Shown here in pieces: positions 49,757 through 59,698 of a stretch of 64,000 nucleotides of DNA (positions are counted from its first letter, which is position 1; every line of letters starts with the position of its first letter). A program made the position numbers and the translations under genes. Under the pieces are notes generated by a model. It saw only the letters and a program-made list of their open reading frames with translations, was not told the origin of the DNA and ran no database searches. This DNA is from a virus (lineage: Duplodnaviria; Heunggongvirae; Uroviricota; Caudoviricetes). The stretch is taken from positions 18,999 to 82,998 of IMG/VR virus record IMGVR_UViG_3300037882_002350. The stretch is one strand, 5' to 3'.

Positions 49757-50776
49757 ATGAAATACGATTTATTAGTTTACATAGGGCGCTTTCAGCCACT
49801 TCATCGGGGACACCAAGAAGTGATTGAACGTGCCCTTTTGCTTTCCAAAAAGGTGCTTGTTCTAGTTGGTTCAGCAAACCAAGCGCGTACGACGCGCAAC
49901 CCATTCACTTATGATGAACGTGCAACTCTAATTAATGAGCTATACCCAAGTGTAGTCACTAAGCCTCTACAAGACCATACCTACAACGATACGGCGTGGA
50001 TTGCGGAAGTACAAAAACAAGTTAAAGAAACTTTGCTAGGAACTGGTTGGACTCCTGATGGTCTTTCTGATTACAAAGTTGGCCTCATAGGTTGCAACAA
50101 AGATGCAACATCTTACTACCTTAAGATGTTCCCAAATTGGGCTAACGAAAGTATAGAGCATTTTGATGAAATTGACGCAACTCCTATTCGCAATCGCTTT
50201 CTAGCCAATAAAATGAATGAAGCTTTTATGGAGCAGGTTGTTATAAGTCAAAATGTATACGAGTTTATGCAAGACTTTATGATTACAGATAGCTATACAG
50301 CCTTAAATGAGGAATATAAGTATCTTGTTAAATATAAAGAAAACTACGGGCACGGTCCTTTCCTCACAGCTGATGCACTTATCCAGGTTGGTGGGAAAAT
50401 CCTACTTATCCGTCGCGGAAAAGAATATGGACATGGTCTGTTGGCGCTTCCCGGTGGATTTGTTAATCTGGGAGAGACCTTTATCAACGCTTTCCTTCGG
50501 GAACTGCGAGAGGAAACAAATCTTAGAGTCCCTGTGCCAGTCTTAAAAGGCTCAATTAAGAATACTTTTATGGCTGATGAACCTAATCGTTCGGCACGAG
50601 CACGGCTAGTGTCACAAGTATTCCACGTTAAACTGGAAAACGATGTGAAATTGCCCGAAGTACGTGGCGGCGACGATGCTGATGAAGCGTTGTGGGTTGA
50701 TATTGCGGACTTGCGTCGTGAGGACTTCTTTGAAGACCATTATCATATTATTAAGCTTATGTTGGGGTTAAACTAA
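49757..50776 (+). CDS. nadM: bifunctional NMN adenylyltransferase / Nudix hydrolase (NadM-like)
   Basis: N-terminal GRFQPLHRGH (HxGH nucleotidyltransferase motif). C-terminal Nudix box LPGGFVNLGETFINAFLRELREETNL. Confidence 0.7.
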   Translation: MKYDLLVYIGRFQPLHRGHQEVIERALLLSKKVLVLVGSANQARTTRNPFTYDERATLINELYPSVVTKPLQDHTYNDTAWIAEVQKQVKETLLGTGWTPDGLSDYKVGLIGCNKDATSYYLKMFPNWANESIEHFDEIDATPIRNRFLANKMNEAFMEQVVISQNVYEFMQDFMITDSYTALNEEYKYLVKYKENYGHGPFLTADALIQVGGKILLIRRGKEYGHGLLALPGGFVNLGETFINAFLRELREETNLRVPVPVLKGSIKNTFMADEPNRSARARLVSQVFHVKLENDVKLPEVRGGDDADEALWVDIADLRREDFFEDHYHIIKLMLGLN

Positions 50777-51168
50777 TGGATAAAGAAGCAAAAATTCGTG
50801 CATATTCAAAAATGCTAAGAGAAGAAGCGGAGCGCTTGATTGAAGCCCCTTTTGGGGTGACAGTAGATTTAAATTCTTTCGATAAAATTCTAGAAAGCTT
50901 TATTGATGTTGCTCTAGAAGGTTATAAACCTAGACCAATAACAGGCGCTGAAATTCTTCGCCGACATACAAGGCCTGACAATGACTAAGTACATGGTTGA
51001 TGGAGGTATTTTCGAAGATACCTCCTTTGAGAAAGTAGTTGAAGGTACAGAAGAATCTTATGGACCTTTCATATCTAAGGAACGAGCTTTAAAAGAATGG
51101 AAACGAAGAACTTTTACACAGAATCTTGATATTTGTACACATAGAATGAAAGTTGTAGAAATAAATTA

Positions 51169-51855
51169 ATGTTACAATTATATACACCAAATACAATTCC
51201 ATTTTGGACAGAAGACGAAATCGAATTTAGAGAACTTTTTCAAGCACGAGTAGTAACTCGTATTAAACAGACTCTCACAGATATGAATAAAGCTTGGCGT
51301 TTTCATCGAATCGAAGGTCCTTGCCTGTCCCCTAGATATAAAATTGGTAATAGTTATGATGATAGTGATATTTTTGTCACTAATCATAAAGTAGAGTCTG
51401 ATTTTTTATGTCTAAGGGCAGAAACAACGCCATCTAGTTATGAATATGCGAGATTTTTAAACAAACAGCAATTACCTTTATGTGTATGGCAATCTGGTAA
51501 AAGTTTTCGCCGTGAAGTTAATGATGGTGCAACAGCTGCGAAACTTCGTTTCAATGAATTCTATCAATTAGAGTTTCAGTGTATTTATAGTAACACAACA
51601 AAAGCGGATTATAGATCAGCCCTTATTGATGCCGTTGAACAAGAGATTGAACGGTTCACTCAATGTAAAACTCGAGTTGTAGAAAGTGATAGACTTCCTT
51701 TATATTCGGATAGTACTCTAGATATTGAAGTTTATTTAAATAACGAATGGCGAGAGATAGCTTCTTGCTCCATTCGTAATGACTTTTCCGAAAATACGAA
51801 AGTTGCCGAGATCGCTATTGGCCTAGATCGTGTTGTGATAGCGAGTGATATTTAA
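51169..51855 (+). CDS. class II aminoacyl-tRNA synthetase-like catalytic core (class IIb-like, truncated)
   Basis: Motif 2-like KSFRREVNDGATAAKLRFNEFYQLEFQ (fRxE...R..EF.Q.E). Motif 3-like AEIAIGLDRVVIASDI (GxGxDR). Only 228 aa, with no anticodon-binding domain. Confidence 0.4.
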   Translation: MLQLYTPNTIPFWTEDEIEFRELFQARVVTRIKQTLTDMNKAWRFHRIEGPCLSPRYKIGNSYDDSDIFVTNHKVESDFLCLRAETTPSSYEYARFLNKQQLPLCVWQSGKSFRREVNDGATAAKLRFNEFYQLEFQCIYSNTTKADYRSALIDAVEQEIERFTQCKTRVVESDRLPLYSDSTLDIEVYLNNEWREIASCSIRNDFSENTKVAEIAIGLDRVVIASDI

Positions 51856-52069
51856 TGGTTAAATACGCTGTTCATCAGTATATTAAAAAATGTAATGTAA
51901 AAAATTAGAATGGACTTCCTTTTTACAATCCAATAACTCAACCAAGAGACACTCTAGAAGAAGCCGAGCAGGATTTTATACGTTTTAGTAATTATGAAAG
52001 AATAGATAAAATGAGGTACCCTCTTAGTATACGAGAATTTAGTGGCTACGGTCTTGTTATAAAGGAATA

Positions 52070-52582
52070 ATGATGCAAGTATTTTTAGACTGTGATGGCG
52101 TATTAGCAGATTTTGACGGGTTCGCCGCAGAAATTTTAGGTATGCCTCCACGTGATTATGAGCGTGAAAAACATAACAACTCTGACTTATGGGAACGACT
52201 GTATGCAGTTGAAGATTACTTCTTCAAGCTACCTAAAATGCATGATGCCGACGAACTTGTTGCAGGTGTAGAAGCGTTTGGTTTTGCCCCTATAATTCTT
52301 ACAGGTATTCCTAGTAAGGGTGGCAGCGATTGGGCTATTGACCAAAAAACACGCTGGGCGCAGGTTCATTTTCCTAATCTTGACATTATTTGTTGTAAGA
52401 GTAAGGAAAAAGCCTTTAATATGATTGAAGGTAAGCATAACGTACTTATTGATGACTGGACACAATATAAACACGTATGGGAAGAACATGGAGGGTCTTT
52501 CATTGTACACACAAGCGCAAAGAAATCACTAGCAGAATTGCAGCAACTTGATATGCTTATGAATATTCAGGGTGTGTATTAA
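52070..52582 (+). CDS. 5'(3')-deoxyribonucleotidase (NT5C-type HAD)
   Basis: VFLDCDGVLADF N-terminal motif typical of the NT5C family. 170 aa. Confidence 0.5.
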   Translation: MMQVFLDCDGVLADFDGFAAEILGMPPRDYEREKHNNSDLWERLYAVEDYFFKLPKMHDADELVAGVEAFGFAPIILTGIPSKGGSDWAIDQKTRWAQVHFPNLDIICCKSKEKAFNMIEGKHNVLIDDWTQYKHVWEEHGGSFIVHTSAKKSLAELQQLDMLMNIQGVY

Positions 52583-52636
52583 CCCTCAAAAAATTTACAT
52601 CTTGACTTCAGGGTTATAGATAAGTAAAATAGAAAA

Positions 52637-53260
52637 ATGAATAAAATAGAATTTATAGAAGCGATGTTAAAAAATCGCAAATTGAACCCCGAAGACCTTG
52701 TTAGAAAAAAGTATCGCACTGTTCCTAATATCACGGCTTTTAGTTTATTTGAGTCCATCTTTGAAAGAGAAAATGTCAGAGCCATTGCAGCCTACTATGG
52801 AGTGGGTATAAATACAATTAACCGGTTAATGAAAACTCTATTTCCAGATGTTACCATAAAAGGAGGCTCTAGGACTTGGAGATATTATTTACTAGATATT
52901 TTGCGACACAAAATGTGTACAGATTGTGAAGTAATCAAGTCGAAAGAAGAATTTTATATAGGAAATGTAACAGAATTACGTTCTACATGTAAAAGCTGTG
53001 ATGTAGAACGAGCAGCCAAAAGAAGAGCAAAAATATTAAAAGCTACTGATATAGATTCTAGTTTAGATATAATTCAGACAATTTATGCAAATTGCCCAAA
53101 AGGTTATCATGTTGACCATATCATACCTTTAGATAAAGGAGGTAGACATCATCAAAATAATTTATGTTATTTATCTGCTACCGATAATCTACATAAAAGT
53201 AATAAATTACCGGAAATGATACCTGATATAATGGCAAGAGCTATATATCCTAAAATATAA
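52637..53260 (+). CDS. HNH homing endonuclease
   Basis: C-terminal CPKGYHVDHIIPLDKGGRHHQNNLCYLSATDNLHKSNK. Paralogue of 62801..63481. Leaderless: the ATG is 7 nt after a TAAAAT -10. Confidence 0.6.
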   Translation: MNKIEFIEAMLKNRKLNPEDLVRKKYRTVPNITAFSLFESIFERENVRAIAAYYGVGINTINRLMKTLFPDVTIKGGSRTWRYYLLDILRHKMCTDCEVIKSKEEFYIGNVTELRSTCKSCDVERAAKRRAKILKATDIDSSLDIIQTIYANCPKGYHVDHIIPLDKGGRHHQNNLCYLSATDNLHKSNKLPEMIPDIMARAIYPKI

Positions 53261-53263
53261 TTG

Positions 53264-53292
53264 TTGACAATGCTTCTTATTTTTACTATAAT
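53264..53292 (+). promoter_or_regulatory. consensus early promoter
   Basis: TTGACA (53264-69), 17 nt spacer, TATAAT (53287-92), then GAG. Confidence 0.55.
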
Positions 53293-53322
53293 GAGCACAT
53301 AAAGAAAGAAGGGAGTCTTCTA

Positions 53323-54705
53323 ATGACCAAGTTTAATTTCATCCAAGACACTGATAGTTACAAATTTTCCCATTACCAATATTACGTTCCTGGAGCGGAA
53401 CACATTTATAGCTACGCGGAGAGTCGTGGTGGTGTATATCCTGCAAGCGTATTCTTTGGATTACAAAAATATATTAAAGAATTAGCTGATGTTCGTGTAA
53501 CCCTTGACGACTTAGTAGAGGCTTCAGAGTTCGCAGAAGCACACGGTGTACCTTTCAACTATACTGGCTGGAAGAGCATCGTTGTAGACCACAATGGAAA
53601 AATTCCAGTACGTATCAAAGCGGTTGCGGAAGGCACTCTCGTGCCAACCAGCAATGTTCTCGTAACGGTTGAGAATACTGACCCTTCGATGCCTTGGCTA
53701 ACCAGCTATATCGAAACTGCACTTCTGAGAGCGGTTTGGTATCCTACGACTGTAGCTACTCGTATTCACTACATGAAAGAAAGGATTAAGCCATTCTTCG
53801 ATGAAACCAGCGATACTGGCGACATGGGTTTTGCTATTCTTGACTTCTCGGCTCGTGGCGTTTCCAGCCGTGAAACTGCCGAAGTTGGTGGTCTTGGTCA
53901 TTTGGTTCACTTTATCGGTTCGGACAACATTCCAGCTGTTCTAGCTGCTCGTAAATTCTATGATGAGCCAATGGCCGCTTTCAGCGTTGCTGCAACAGAA
54001 CATAGTGTCATGACTAGTTGGGGTGATGAAAATCGTGAGAGCGAAGCAATAAAATATATGATCGATACGATGCCAGAAAACGGTATTCTATCAGTTGTTG
54101 GTGATACTTATAATATCTACAATTTTATTGATAAAGTAGCTCGTCTAGAGGATAAGATTGCGGCTAAGAATGGTACCTTTGTAATCCGCCCAGATTCTGG
54201 CGATATGAATGTTGTGTTACCTAAAGTTTTTGAAAAGGTTCGTAATCTTTTTCAAGGCGAATTTAACAACAAAGGCTATTTCGTGCCTAAGTATGTTAAA
54301 GTTCTGCAAGGCGACGGTATTGATGAGGTTAGTGTTTCTACCCCCTTTAAATTGGCAATGGAAGAAGGGCTTAGTGCAGATTGTATTATGACGGGCTCTG
54401 GTGGTGGACTTATGCAATCGCATATTGATCGTGACACACTAAAATTTGCCTTTAAAGCATCCAGCGTCACTATTAATGGTGTTGATGTTCCGATCGCTAA
54501 GGAACCATTCACTGATCCGGGAAAACGGAGCAAAAAGGGTAAACTAAAGTTAATTACCAATGAAAATAAATATATGACTGTTTCATCTGAAAATGAAAAG
54601 TTTTATCATATAATGTGTGACGAATTAAAACTTGTATATGAGAACGGCGAGGTTTTCAATAACCAAACACTAGCACAAATTCGGGAACGTGCTGCAAAAA
54701 ACTAA
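53323..54705 (+). CDS. nadV: nicotinamide phosphoribosyltransferase (Nampt/NadV)
   Basis: 460 aa. The N-terminus FNFIQDTDSYKFSHYQYY parallels the Nampt N-terminus (FNILLATDSYKVTHYKQY). Size and general similarity fit NadV. Confidence 0.65.
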   Translation: MTKFNFIQDTDSYKFSHYQYYVPGAEHIYSYAESRGGVYPASVFFGLQKYIKELADVRVTLDDLVEASEFAEAHGVPFNYTGWKSIVVDHNGKIPVRIKAVAEGTLVPTSNVLVTVENTDPSMPWLTSYIETALLRAVWYPTTVATRIHYMKERIKPFFDETSDTGDMGFAILDFSARGVSSRETAEVGGLGHLVHFIGSDNIPAVLAARKFYDEPMAAFSVAATEHSVMTSWGDENRESEAIKYMIDTMPENGILSVVGDTYNIYNFIDKVARLEDKIAAKNGTFVIRPDSGDMNVVLPKVFEKVRNLFQGEFNNKGYFVPKYVKVLQGDGIDEVSVSTPFKLAMEEGLSADCIMTGSGGGLMQSHIDRDTLKFAFKASSVTINGVDVPIAKEPFTDPGKRSKKGKLKLITNENKYMTVSSENEKFYHIMCDELKLVYENGEVFNNQTLAQIRERAAKN

Positions 54706-54769
54706 TGTTATAGGGTAGAGTCAAAAATTGATCTTGACTCTGCCCTTTTTCTTTGCTATAAGGATTGTA

Positions 54770-55324
54770 ATGAATTTATTCTTTCTCGATCATGATTTAG
54801 ACAAATGCGCTGAATATCACATAGATAAACATGTAGGTAAAATGCAACTTGAGGCCGCACAGTTAATGTCAACAACATTATGGGTGGATAAGCTTTTCGG
54901 ATTTGTACCTAGAAAACTGGATGCGGATCAACTAAGTGAACTTAGATTAGCAATGTCTAGTGAGCCGGTAATTGAAGAACGTAAATTTTTGCGTTATCTT
55001 GCTACACATCCTAATCATCCTTGTGCTGTGTGGGTTCGCTCTAGCTTAGATAATTTTATTTGGACGCACTGTTACGTTAACGCATTAAACAGTGAAAGCG
55101 TGTGGCGAGGTAATAAGCCCCACGCTTCTTGCGTCGAAGTGAACAAAATGCCGGAGCCATTAAGTCTTCCGAGCCTAGGACTTACCGCCTTTGCATTAGC
55201 AATGCCGGATGAATATAAAACTGCTGATGCTGTTATATCTTATCGCACATATTATAAAAATGATAAAGCTAATATAGCTTCATGGAAACGTAGAGAACAA
55301 CCGGAGTGGTGGAATGACTATTGA
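54770..55324 (+). CDS. hypothetical early protein
   Basis: Internal-ATG form of ORF 54728..55324, starting MNLFFLDHDLDKCAEY immediately after a TTGACT..TATAAG promoter. Confidence 0.35.
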   Translation: MNLFFLDHDLDKCAEYHIDKHVGKMQLEAAQLMSTTLWVDKLFGFVPRKLDADQLSELRLAMSSEPVIEERKFLRYLATHPNHPCAVWVRSSLDNFIWTHCYVNALNSESVWRGNKPHASCVEVNKMPEPLSLPSLGLTAFALAMPDEYKTADAVISYRTYYKNDKANIASWKRREQPEWWNDY

Positions 55325-56522
55325 AGTAGGCAACTTAATTAAGGCTTTATTAACTGATATTAACACCTTAACTAAAACTATTAATGATAAACAACAGCTT
55401 GTTAAATTATTAAGAAAGGAATGTGTACATGAGTGGCAATATGATTATACTTGTGGACATAAAGGTGAGGATTACTATGTTTGTAAACATTGTGGGGCAA
55501 TGAGATGAATGATTTTCTTATTAAGCAACAACGGTTGCATGATGCTTCAGCTCGTAAAGCTTTAATTCTATTTTATAAAGCTATAACAAACTTAGGAAAT
55601 ACCTTAAACGATAACGGAGTAAGACTTGAAGGAGCCACTAAGGATAGGTTTGAAGAACTTAAAACGCAACTAAAATCAGATATGTGGGACGCAGGTATTT
55701 CCCAGAAGGATTTAAATGACCAGTAAAGTAACTATTGACGCTCATGCGGGTTGGGATATTGAAGTTATTACAGAAGAAACTTTTGATATTAGAGGAAATT
55801 TAACTTTAGATAGAAAAGTATTTAAAATACTAGCAGGCACTAAAGCTGATGTATATATTTGGGATAATAAAGAAATAGTTTCTATTAAGGAGTTAAAGAA
55901 TGTGTGTAGTTAGTGCAGTATCAGAGCCTTTCAAATATCCTAATTCTTGGCCCAACTGGCCAACCGCAGTGCCTTTTCCGAGTTCTCCATTTAAACCGAT
56001 GGAAATCGAAAAGTCTTTTGAGCAGAAAGTTACTAGAGAAGAATTTGAAGCGTTAAGAGCGCAAGTAGAAGACCTCAAAATTCTTCTAGAAAAAGCCAAG
56101 GATCAGGATATTCGTGAAGGTAATCCAGATTGCGAAATGGAAGATAAAGTTTTCGTTATTAAGAAAATAGCCGAATTAGTCGGTGTAGATTTAGGAGACG
56201 TATTTCCAAAATGAATAAAGTACGAGACTATTTTAAAGCAAAGTACGATAAGACAGGCCCAGCCTATTTGCAAGGTGTACTTAGAACGATAAATAAACTA
56301 CCGGCAGAAGATGAAGAATCTGTGCCTGAAAATAAGAAGGTACTTGAAAAATGATAAAATACGTAGTTATTTCCCCTAATCAGGCAGAAACGCTAACTAT
56401 CGAAGCCAATAGTTACGAAATAAACGAAACCGGATTCCTTAGTTTTATTAAAGGCACTTACAGTTGTAACCCTTTCATGTCTATAAATCCTAGTCATTGG
56501 GCTGTAGTTATGGAGGCAGAGG

Positions 56523-57179
56523 ATGAGCTGTAAATTAATTTCTGTAACCCATCCGGTTATTCCTGAATGTGAAACGGCTGAAGATTTAATTGCCTATATT
56601 GCTCGCGTTAGCAATCCAGCTAATCAAGTAAATAAGGAGACAAGTTCAAAGCTCCTTAAGTATTTGATTAAGAACAATCACTGGTCTCCTTTTGAGCAGG
56701 TGTCACTAACAATTGAAATTGTTACAACTAGGGACATTGGAAGACAAATTCTTAGACACCGTAGTTTTGTATTCCAAGAATTTAGTCAACGCTATGCAGA
56801 AGCGACAGAATTCCACGACGGACGTGAGGCACGGCTTCAAGATAATAAAAATCGTCAAAACTCTATAGAAACAGATGACGGAGATTTGCAACGTTGGTGG
56901 AATACGTGGCAAAATTATGTTAAAGGCGAATCAGAAAAAATCTACAAGCTTGCTCTACAAAGAGGTATAGCTAAAGAACAGGCTCGCGCAGTACTGCCAG
57001 AAGGTCTTACTATGTCTAGAATGTACATGACTGGTAATCTTCGTAATTGGATTCATTATTGCCAATTACGCACAGGTAACGGAACTCAAAAAGAACATGC
57101 AGAAATTGCTAAAGCTTGTTGGGACATTGTAAAAGAAGAATTCCCTAGTTTAGAGGATTTATTTGATAATGATTGTTGA
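56523..57179 (+). CDS. thyX: flavin-dependent thymidylate synthase
   Basis: ThyX signature RHRSFVFQEFSQRY (RHRx7-8S). Size 218 aa. Confidence 0.7.
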   Translation: MSCKLISVTHPVIPECETAEDLIAYIARVSNPANQVNKETSSKLLKYLIKNNHWSPFEQVSLTIEIVTTRDIGRQILRHRSFVFQEFSQRYAEATEFHDGREARLQDNKNRQNSIETDDGDLQRWWNTWQNYVKGESEKIYKLALQRGIAKEQARAVLPEGLTMSRMYMTGNLRNWIHYCQLRTGNGTQKEHAEIAKACWDIVKEEFPSLEDLFDNDC

Positions 57180-57534
57180 ATTTAGCTACAATACAAGACC
57201 TAAACAAGAAGTATCCTCGTTCAGGTCATACCCAAATCCTTCAAGACAAGATTTAATAGAAATTCTAAAACTATTAGAGTCTTTAAAGGACAGAACAAAC
57301 TTTAAGTTTAGTTTGTCGGAGATAGAGTGAAAGCAAATTATAGGCTTAGATCAAAAGAACAATTAGAAGGTACTATGGAATACCCTGCTATAGTACCTCA
57401 AGCTATGCAAAATGCTGATGGATTTACGTTACTAGGCTTCCAAAGCTGGGAAGATGTTACTAGCGAAAAATTAGCTGCTGCTGTAACTGATGTTGTTGAG
57501 TTTCACTTAACAAAAGAACAAATAGGATTTCATA

Positions 57535-57680
57535 GAAATGAAGACAAGAATTGAAGTAAACGATAATGGGGAATTTTTTATAATAATTCCAGAAGACGTT
57601 CTTTTAGAGTACGAGCTAGGTGTAGGGGAACAACTAGAGTGGGATATTGATGATCCTGACTTTATTACTCTCAATATTTA
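57535..57680 (+). CDS. AbrB/MazE-like (swapped-hairpin) small protein
   Basis: 48 aa. TRIEVNDNGEFFIIIPEDVLLEYELGVGEQLEW resembles AbrB/SpoVT-type DNA-binding domains. Confidence 0.3.
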
Positions 57681-57745
57681 AAAAAGTTCTTGACTTCGAA
57701 GCTCAAATTTAGTATTGTCTAGTTTCTAAACAAACGGAGAGTAAA

Positions 57746-58462
57746 ATGGCTATTAAAAAGGGTATTAAAAAGAAAGAGGGAGAAAACCTCACAGATGCTC
57801 ACATTGAGAAAGTCATTAGCTTATTAGGGGCAGAAAAGCCTATCACAAAGAAAGAGGCGTGTGAGATACTTAATATTTCATATAACACAACTCGACTAAC
57901 TAAAATTATAAATGAGTATCTCGAAGAACAGGAAAGTCAAAAGAAGCGTCGAGCCGCAAATAAAGGCAAACCCCTCAATGATTACGAAAAGCAAGTAATC
58001 ATTGAGGGTGTTCTTGACGGAGATAGTGTAACAGAAATAGCTAAAAGACTTTACAGGTCTACGGCTTCCGTAAACAAAACTATAGAAGAAATTGGAATAC
58101 CGGAAAGAAGCGATAGTTATGTAAGTATAGCTATTCTGCCAGACCTTTGCGTTTCTGATTCTTTTAACGCAGGTGAGTTAGTATGGTGCGCTAGGTCTAA
58201 CAAAATTGCTGTTGTTAGGGAGGATAAATGTCAGAGAAATCCTGATATTCTTCAAGTTTATGAGTTTGAACGACTAGAAGAAGATTCCCCTTTCTTTCCC
58301 AACTGTCGGACAGGAGACTATGGGGGCCAGTATGCCTCTTACCCTAAGTACGAAGTAGGAAGACTAGAACACTTGAAACAGTATGGTATTGATTTATATC
58401 GTACTTACACAAAGCATTTCCCTTTAGCTATAAGACAGGCTATAGGTATGGAGACAAAATAA
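57746..58462 (+). CDS. HTH-containing early protein
   Basis: 238 aa. RBS aacggagagtaaaATG. Two HTH-like segments (EACEILNISYNTTRL; VTEIAKRLYRSTASV). Confidence 0.35.
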   Translation: MAIKKGIKKKEGENLTDAHIEKVISLLGAEKPITKKEACEILNISYNTTRLTKIINEYLEEQESQKKRRAANKGKPLNDYEKQVIIEGVLDGDSVTEIAKRLYRSTASVNKTIEEIGIPERSDSYVSIAILPDLCVSDSFNAGELVWCARSNKIAVVREDKCQRNPDILQVYEFERLEEDSPFFPNCRTGDYGGQYASYPKYEVGRLEHLKQYGIDLYRTYTKHFPLAIRQAIGMETK

Positions 58463-58567
58463 TTGTTATAACACCAACATCTTATTGTTAGAGCAGAAAT
58501 ATCTAAGCCGCCTAAATGGGATTATCCTATAGAATTATGGCTTTCTGACTTAGTTAAGAGTTTAGAC

Positions 58568-58828
58568 ATGAAAGTTATGATGGGACCTATAGCTTCATAT
58601 TGTCATATGACTGGCAATAAAGGCCTAACAGGTGTAGTGGTTATAGAAACTAGTCATATTGCCCTACATACTTGGGATGAAGATAATCCAGCTATGCTTC
58701 AGCTAGATGTATATTCCTGTTCTAAGGTTGATTTAAATGTGGTTTGGAAAGCTATTGAGGTATTTGAACCTACGCATATCGACTATAAGTTCTTAGATCG
58801 AAAAGATAAATACATTACCATATTATAA
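58568..58828 (+). CDS. S-adenosylmethionine decarboxylase-like (SpeH-type) domain protein, N-terminally short
   Basis: GLTGVVVIETSHIALHTWDEDNPAMLQLDVYSCS parallels SpeH [32 protein letters not shown], including the E-S cleavage site that forms the pyruvoyl group. Only 28 residues precede the site, against about 60 in SpeH. Confidence 0.5.
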   Translation: MKVMMGPIASYCHMTGNKGLTGVVVIETSHIALHTWDEDNPAMLQLDVYSCSKVDLNVVWKAIEVFEPTHIDYKFLDRKDKYITIL

Positions 58829-58836
58829 AAAAGTTC

Positions 58837-58865
58837 TTGACTTTGCGGTTATTTTTAAATATAAT
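58837..58865 (+). promoter_or_regulatory. consensus early promoter
   Basis: TTGACT (58837-42), 17 nt spacer, TATAAT (58860-65). Confidence 0.55.
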
Positions 58866-58889
58866 CATGCTTCAAGAACGGAGAATGAG

Positions 58890-59018
58890 ATGAAAAAATT
58901 AGTACTTATTGCAGCTATTCTACTTGCAGCATGTTCGGCTCCCGAGTGTATTGTAGATGACGGAGGATTCTCACAAGAGGAGCATTCCAACGTAGAACAG
59001 GTTGAAAACGATAATTAA
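58890..59018 (+). CDS. small lipoprotein (42 aa)
   Basis: RBS ggagaatgagATG. MKKLVLIAAILLAACSAPECIVDDGG has lipobox LAAC. Confidence 0.4.
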   Translation: MKKLVLIAAILLAACSAPECIVDDGGFSQEEHSNVEQVENDN

Positions 59019-59021
59019 TAA

Positions 59022-59097
59022 GCTCGGTTCGACTTCTGGTGAGGCCACCCTCCTTACAAGTGGGTTAAGATGGGTTCAATTCCCATACCGAGTACCA
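59022..59097 (+). tRNA. tRNA-Val(TAC)-like
   Basis: Acceptor GCTCGGT/ACCGAGT (G1-U72), anticodon arm CCCTC-cTTACaa-GTGGG, T-arm ATGGG-TTCAATT-CCCAT, discriminator A, encoded CCA. The D-stem is weak. Confidence 0.45.
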
Positions 59098-59621
59098 GTT
59101 TTCTAGTAGGTGAGAACCGCTACCTCACACACCTTTCATGCCATATGAAGGTACAATAGCCTTGGTTGCCTATATGGAGACCGCTCCAAGGTGAAGAGAT
59201 CGTACTTTGCAATACGACTAGAAAATATAGGGATGGCTGTCATTCCTTCTACCGCTTAGAGCGGGGTAAAGCCTTTAAATAACCGTATAAGGGGTGGCAT
59301 AACTTGTAGTTCTTAAGTGAACCGTGGCGATCACGATAGCTTCGCACGCATGTCTACTAAGCGTAATATGGTTCGGACGGACTGTAGATAAAAAGCGACC
59401 GTACAGGGAAACCAAATTAGGTCGCTTTAACCGGCCCCGTTATCCAACGTAAATGGACTTCCTTGTGAAAACAAGGAAAGACCTCACCTAGGTGGTCTAA
59501 AAACAGGATCTAGTGTCGCGGAAAAATGGTCAATTCGCGTAGATAAAATAACCACGTGAAGGTACGCACTCGAAGACCTTCTAGTCGTGTGGGCGACGAT
59601 AATACCCACTTAGTTTTATGT

Positions 59622-59695
59622 GCTTCCATCCTCTAATGGTAAGAGACCCGCCTGATTAGCGGTGAATCGGAGTTCGAATCTCTGTGGAAGTACCA
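59622..59695 (+). tRNA. tRNA-Ile(GAT)
   Basis: Acceptor GCTTCCA/TGGAAGT, D-arm CTCT-AATGGTA-AGAG, anticodon loop CTGATTA, T-arm CGGAG-TTCGAAT-CTCTG, then A-CCA. Confidence 0.6.
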
Positions 59696-59698
59696 TAT

